Made by a program: the position numbers and the translations under genes | Shown: in pieces, positions 61,628 through 64,000 of the stretch | Layout of the letters: the number at the start of each line of letters is the position of its first letter | Numbering within the stretch: the first letter of the stretch is position 1 | The notes under the pieces: generated by a model | Database searches by the model: none | What the model was told of the DNA's origin: nothing | What the model saw: the letters and a program-made list of their open reading frames with translations, nothing else | From: an uncultured Alphaproteobacteria bacterium | GTDB lineage: Bacteria > Pseudomonadota > Alphaproteobacteria > Methylaequorales > Methylaequoraceae | Length of the DNA stretch: 64,000 nt | Assembly (NCBI GenBank): GCA_902563505.1 | Contig: CACEXK010000002.1 | Coordinates: 70,884-134,883, forward strand | Direction: 5' to 3'

Positions 61628-62722
61628 TTAGTTTTTTTCAACATAAATTGATTGAGATGGAAAAGCAAACGATGCCTTTCTTTTTTCAACTATTTGTTTG
61701 ATTTCAATTGCCAAATTATCCTTAATTTCGAGAAACCTCTCATAATCGTTAGTATTGGCAAAACACCTCACCAAGATATCTATTGAACTGGCAGCAAATT
61801 CATTTATTTTAATTATTACCGGCGTAGATTTTGAAACAAAGAAATCACTTTTATTATTTATAATCTTTTCTTCAATATCCTTACAAATTGATCTTAACTG
61901 AGATGTTGAGCTCTTATACTCAAGTCCAATTATCCAATTAATTCTCCTGTTAGATATTTCTGTGATATTCGTTACAGCATTCTCAGCAAATTGAAAGTTT
62001 GGAATAAAACACAAAGATTTGTCAAATTTTCTTATAGCTGTTGACCTGAACCCAATTTTTTCAACCGAACCTTCAATAATGTTTTCAATTATAATTACAT
62101 CACCTTTTTTAAATCTTTTTTCAATTAATACCAATATACCTGAAATCAAATTTTTGAATAAATCCTGAGCTCCTAATGCCACAGCAACACCAAATAAACC
62201 TAACCCAGCAATTACAGGTCCAACTCTAATTCCCCAAAGCTCAAGCACAGCTGTTAAGCCTAGAAAAAAAATTATAATTTTTAAAGCACTGATGATCCAA
62301 TCAAGAAGATCTCTAGTTAGAATTTTTTCAATATTTTTAACTCTAAGAAATAATGGCTCAATTAATTGACTAAAAAATAAAAAAAGAAAAACTGTAAATA
62401 AAGAAATATTCACGTTTTTGAAAAATAACTCAATTTTTTCTGAACCTGTAATCAAAGACGATGAGAAAAAGAAGCCAATAGTTACTACCAATAAATTTAA
62501 AGAATTTTTTATATTTTTATAAAAATTTTCTATCTTTTTTTGTTTTTCAAATTTAAAAAAAAAATTTATTTTTTTAAAAAGAATTTTTGAAAGAAGTGAT
62601 CTTGTATAAAAAAAAAGTAAAAAAGTTATTACTGCTAGGATTATATTAGAAGCATTAATTTCAAATATTTTATACTTACTAGTTTCATCGATGAAATTAT
62701 TTATTAATTCAAGAAACTCCAT
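61628..62722 (-). CDS. mechanosensitive ion channel (MscS family)
   Basis: N-terminal TM helices followed by the MscS core (GLFGVAVALGAQDLFKNLISG, FKKGDVI..G.VE.IG.RST). Confidence 0.85.
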   Translation of the reverse strand: MEFLELINNFIDETSKYKIFEINASNIILAVITFLLFFYTRSLLSKILFKKINFFFKFEKQKKIENFYKNIKNSLNLLVVTIGFFFSSSLITGSEKIELFFKNVNISLFTVFLFLFFSQLIEPLFLRVKNIEKILTRDLLDWIISALKIIIFFLGLTAVLELWGIRVGPVIAGLGLFGVAVALGAQDLFKNLISGILVLIEKRFKKGDVIIIENIIEGSVEKIGFRSTAIRKFDKSLCFIPNFQFAENAVTNITEISNRRINWIIGLEYKSSTSQLRSICKDIEEKIINNKSDFFVSKSTPVIIKINEFAASSIDILVRCFANTNDYERFLEIKDNLAIEIKQIVEKRKASFAFPSQSIYVEKN

Positions 62723-63236
62723 ATTTTTTCAATCTATTTTTGATAAAGTTAACAGAATCATTATAATCAAATCCTTGGTTTAAAAGTTTCCTTAAGATCT
62801 TATCAAAATTTTTTTCACTAGTGAAATTTGGAGTTTTTTTTTTTATAATCCCAGACCTACTTAAATATTTCATCATTAAATTTTCACTAACATCTTTTCT
62901 AGTTTCTAGCTCAGAAATTTTTGAAGAAATAAGACTCATGTTAAAACAGTCTTTTTGTAGATAGTATTTTATTTTTTGAAAAGAATATCCTCGGTTCATT
63001 AGATTTTCTAATTTTATTTCTATGAGTTTTGGTTCGTCAAAAAAACCCATATCTTCATAGTATTTCAAGACGATTGAAATTTCATCTTTATAATGCATTT
63101 TTTCACTTTCAGTAATTTTTTTTTGGAAAAGGTCTTTGGAGATTTTGTTTTTTAATATATTCTCAAATTTTTTTTTAGTAACCCAATATTTTGATAAATA
63201 ATAAGAACAGTATTTTTGAAAATATTTTGAGATCAT
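62709..63236 (-). CDS. recX: RecX-like regulatory protein
   Basis: About 175 aa of three-helix repeat pattern (GYSFQKIKYYLQK, LLNQGFDYNDS). The call is by pattern only. Confidence 0.6.
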   Translation of the reverse strand: MISKYFQKYCSYYLSKYWVTKKKFENILKNKISKDLFQKKITESEKMHYKDEISIVLKYYEDMGFFDEPKLIEIKLENLMNRGYSFQKIKYYLQKDCFNMSLISSKISELETRKDVSENLMMKYLSRSGIIKKKTPNFTSEKNFDKILRKLLNQGFDYNDSVNFIKNRLKKYGVS

Positions 63237-63280
63237 TGATTTTCGATAGATAGATTCGTTTTGATATATATATAAAGAAT

Positions 63281-64000
63281 ATGAGAAAAATTCGTAATTT
63301 TAAAGGATTTAATTGGATTGGTTTTTATTCACTTTATTTAAAAGAAGTAAAAAGGTTTTTGAATGTTTTTGCTCAAACAGTTTTAGCGCCAGCTATAACT
63401 ACTCTTTTATTTTATGTTATTTTTACCATATCAATTGATCGAGAATATTTGAACACAAATAGTTATTCCTTTTCTGAATTTCTAGCACCTGGTTTAATCT
63501 GTATGGGGATAATGCAAAATGCATTTGCAAATACATCATCTTCAATATTGATCTCAAAAGTTCAAGGAAATATTGTTGATATTTTGATGCCACCATTATC
63601 TGAGTATGAATTAACTTTTTCATATTCTCTTGGAGGAATCACAAGAGGCTTACTGGTAGGTTTTTCAGTTTCTTTAGTAATTTATTTGATTGTTCCGCTA
63701 AAAATTTATAATATTTTTATTATTGCGTATTTTGCCCTTTCCTCATCTTTGCTGCTTTCTTTGCTGGGAATATTATGCGGGATTTGGGCTAAAAAATTTG
63801 ATCATATGGCTTCAATTACAAATTTTGTTATTTTACCATTAACTTTCCTCTCTGGAACATTTTACTCTATTGATCGATTGCCCGAGTTTTGGCATTTCAT
63901 AGCTCTGTGGAATCCTTTTTTCTACATGATTGATGGTTTTAGATCAGGTTTTCTGGGAACTGGTGATAGTAATTTAAATTTTGGAATAATAATTTTAGCA
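63281..64000 (+). CDS. ABC-2 type transporter permease (3' end outside window)
   Basis: Not in the ORF track because it is open-ended. The ATG at 63281 gives MRKIRNFKGFNWIGFYSLYLKEVKRFLNVFAQTVLAPAITTLLFY...NPFFYMIDGFRSGFLG, typical of ABC-2/YadH-like permeases. Confidence 0.8.
   Translation, partial: MRKIRNFKGFNWIGFYSLYLKEVKRFLNVFAQTVLAPAITTLLFYVIFTISIDREYLNTNSYSFSEFLAPGLICMGIMQNAFANTSSSILISKVQGNIVDILMPPLSEYELTFSYSLGGITRGLLVGFSVSLVIYLIVPLKIYNIFIIAYFALSSSLLLSLLGILCGIWAKKFDHMASITNFVILPLTFLSGTFYSIDRLPEFWHFIALWNPFFYMIDGFRSGFLGTGDSNLNFGIIILA

Overview
The window is about 29% G+C and very tightly packed, with spacers of 0-15 nt, many ATGA/TTAA overlaps and almost no non-coding DNA. Gene content is alphaproteobacterial: an Irr-type regulator, ffs-dnaX-ybaB-recR, a HisN-like phosphatase and a membrane-anchored cytochrome c. 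I interpret it as a streamlined marine or freshwater alphaproteobacterium of the Pelagibacterales (SAR11) type. That assignment is inference from composition and content, not a database hit. Most of the window is core housekeeping. This includes kdsD-lptCAB, an LPS-core glycosyltransferase cluster, thrS-infC-rpmI-rplT-pheST-lepA, yejABEF, dnaX-ybaB-recR, def-fmt-truA, dapED, argB-engB-yidC-rnpA-rpmH, panBC and nrdAB. There are two tRNAs, Ser-GGA and Arg-ACG, and an SRP RNA. I found no CRISPR array, transposase, integrase or prophage gene. The least ordinary stretch is about 18.0-31.4 kb, directly after tRNA-Ser. It holds an Irr-like regulator, a perfect ICE/Irr-box palindrome and katG. It also holds a decayed Zn-alcohol-dehydrogenase remnant, a 2-Cys OhrR-like MarR with no ohr gene, two TerB-domain proteins and a DUF445-selO pair. 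A secreted CIA30-domain protein, a DUF2805 protein, a TonB-dependent receptor and an NhaD antiporter complete it. I read this as an iron/heme and (photo)oxidative-stress neighbourhood that is unusual for a SAR11-type genome. Other items worth checking are listed here. A G9 homopolymer fuses yejB and yejE, and G8 would restore a canonical ATGA overlap. The YejA binding protein has a C-terminal membrane anchor. An A10 run in dnaX has an immediate -1 frame UGA at the domain III boundary. The rnpA start appears to lie inside rpmH. A NrdR-box promoter precedes an ATP-cone-less nrdA. No single clearly novel multi-gene system can be proven from sequence alone.
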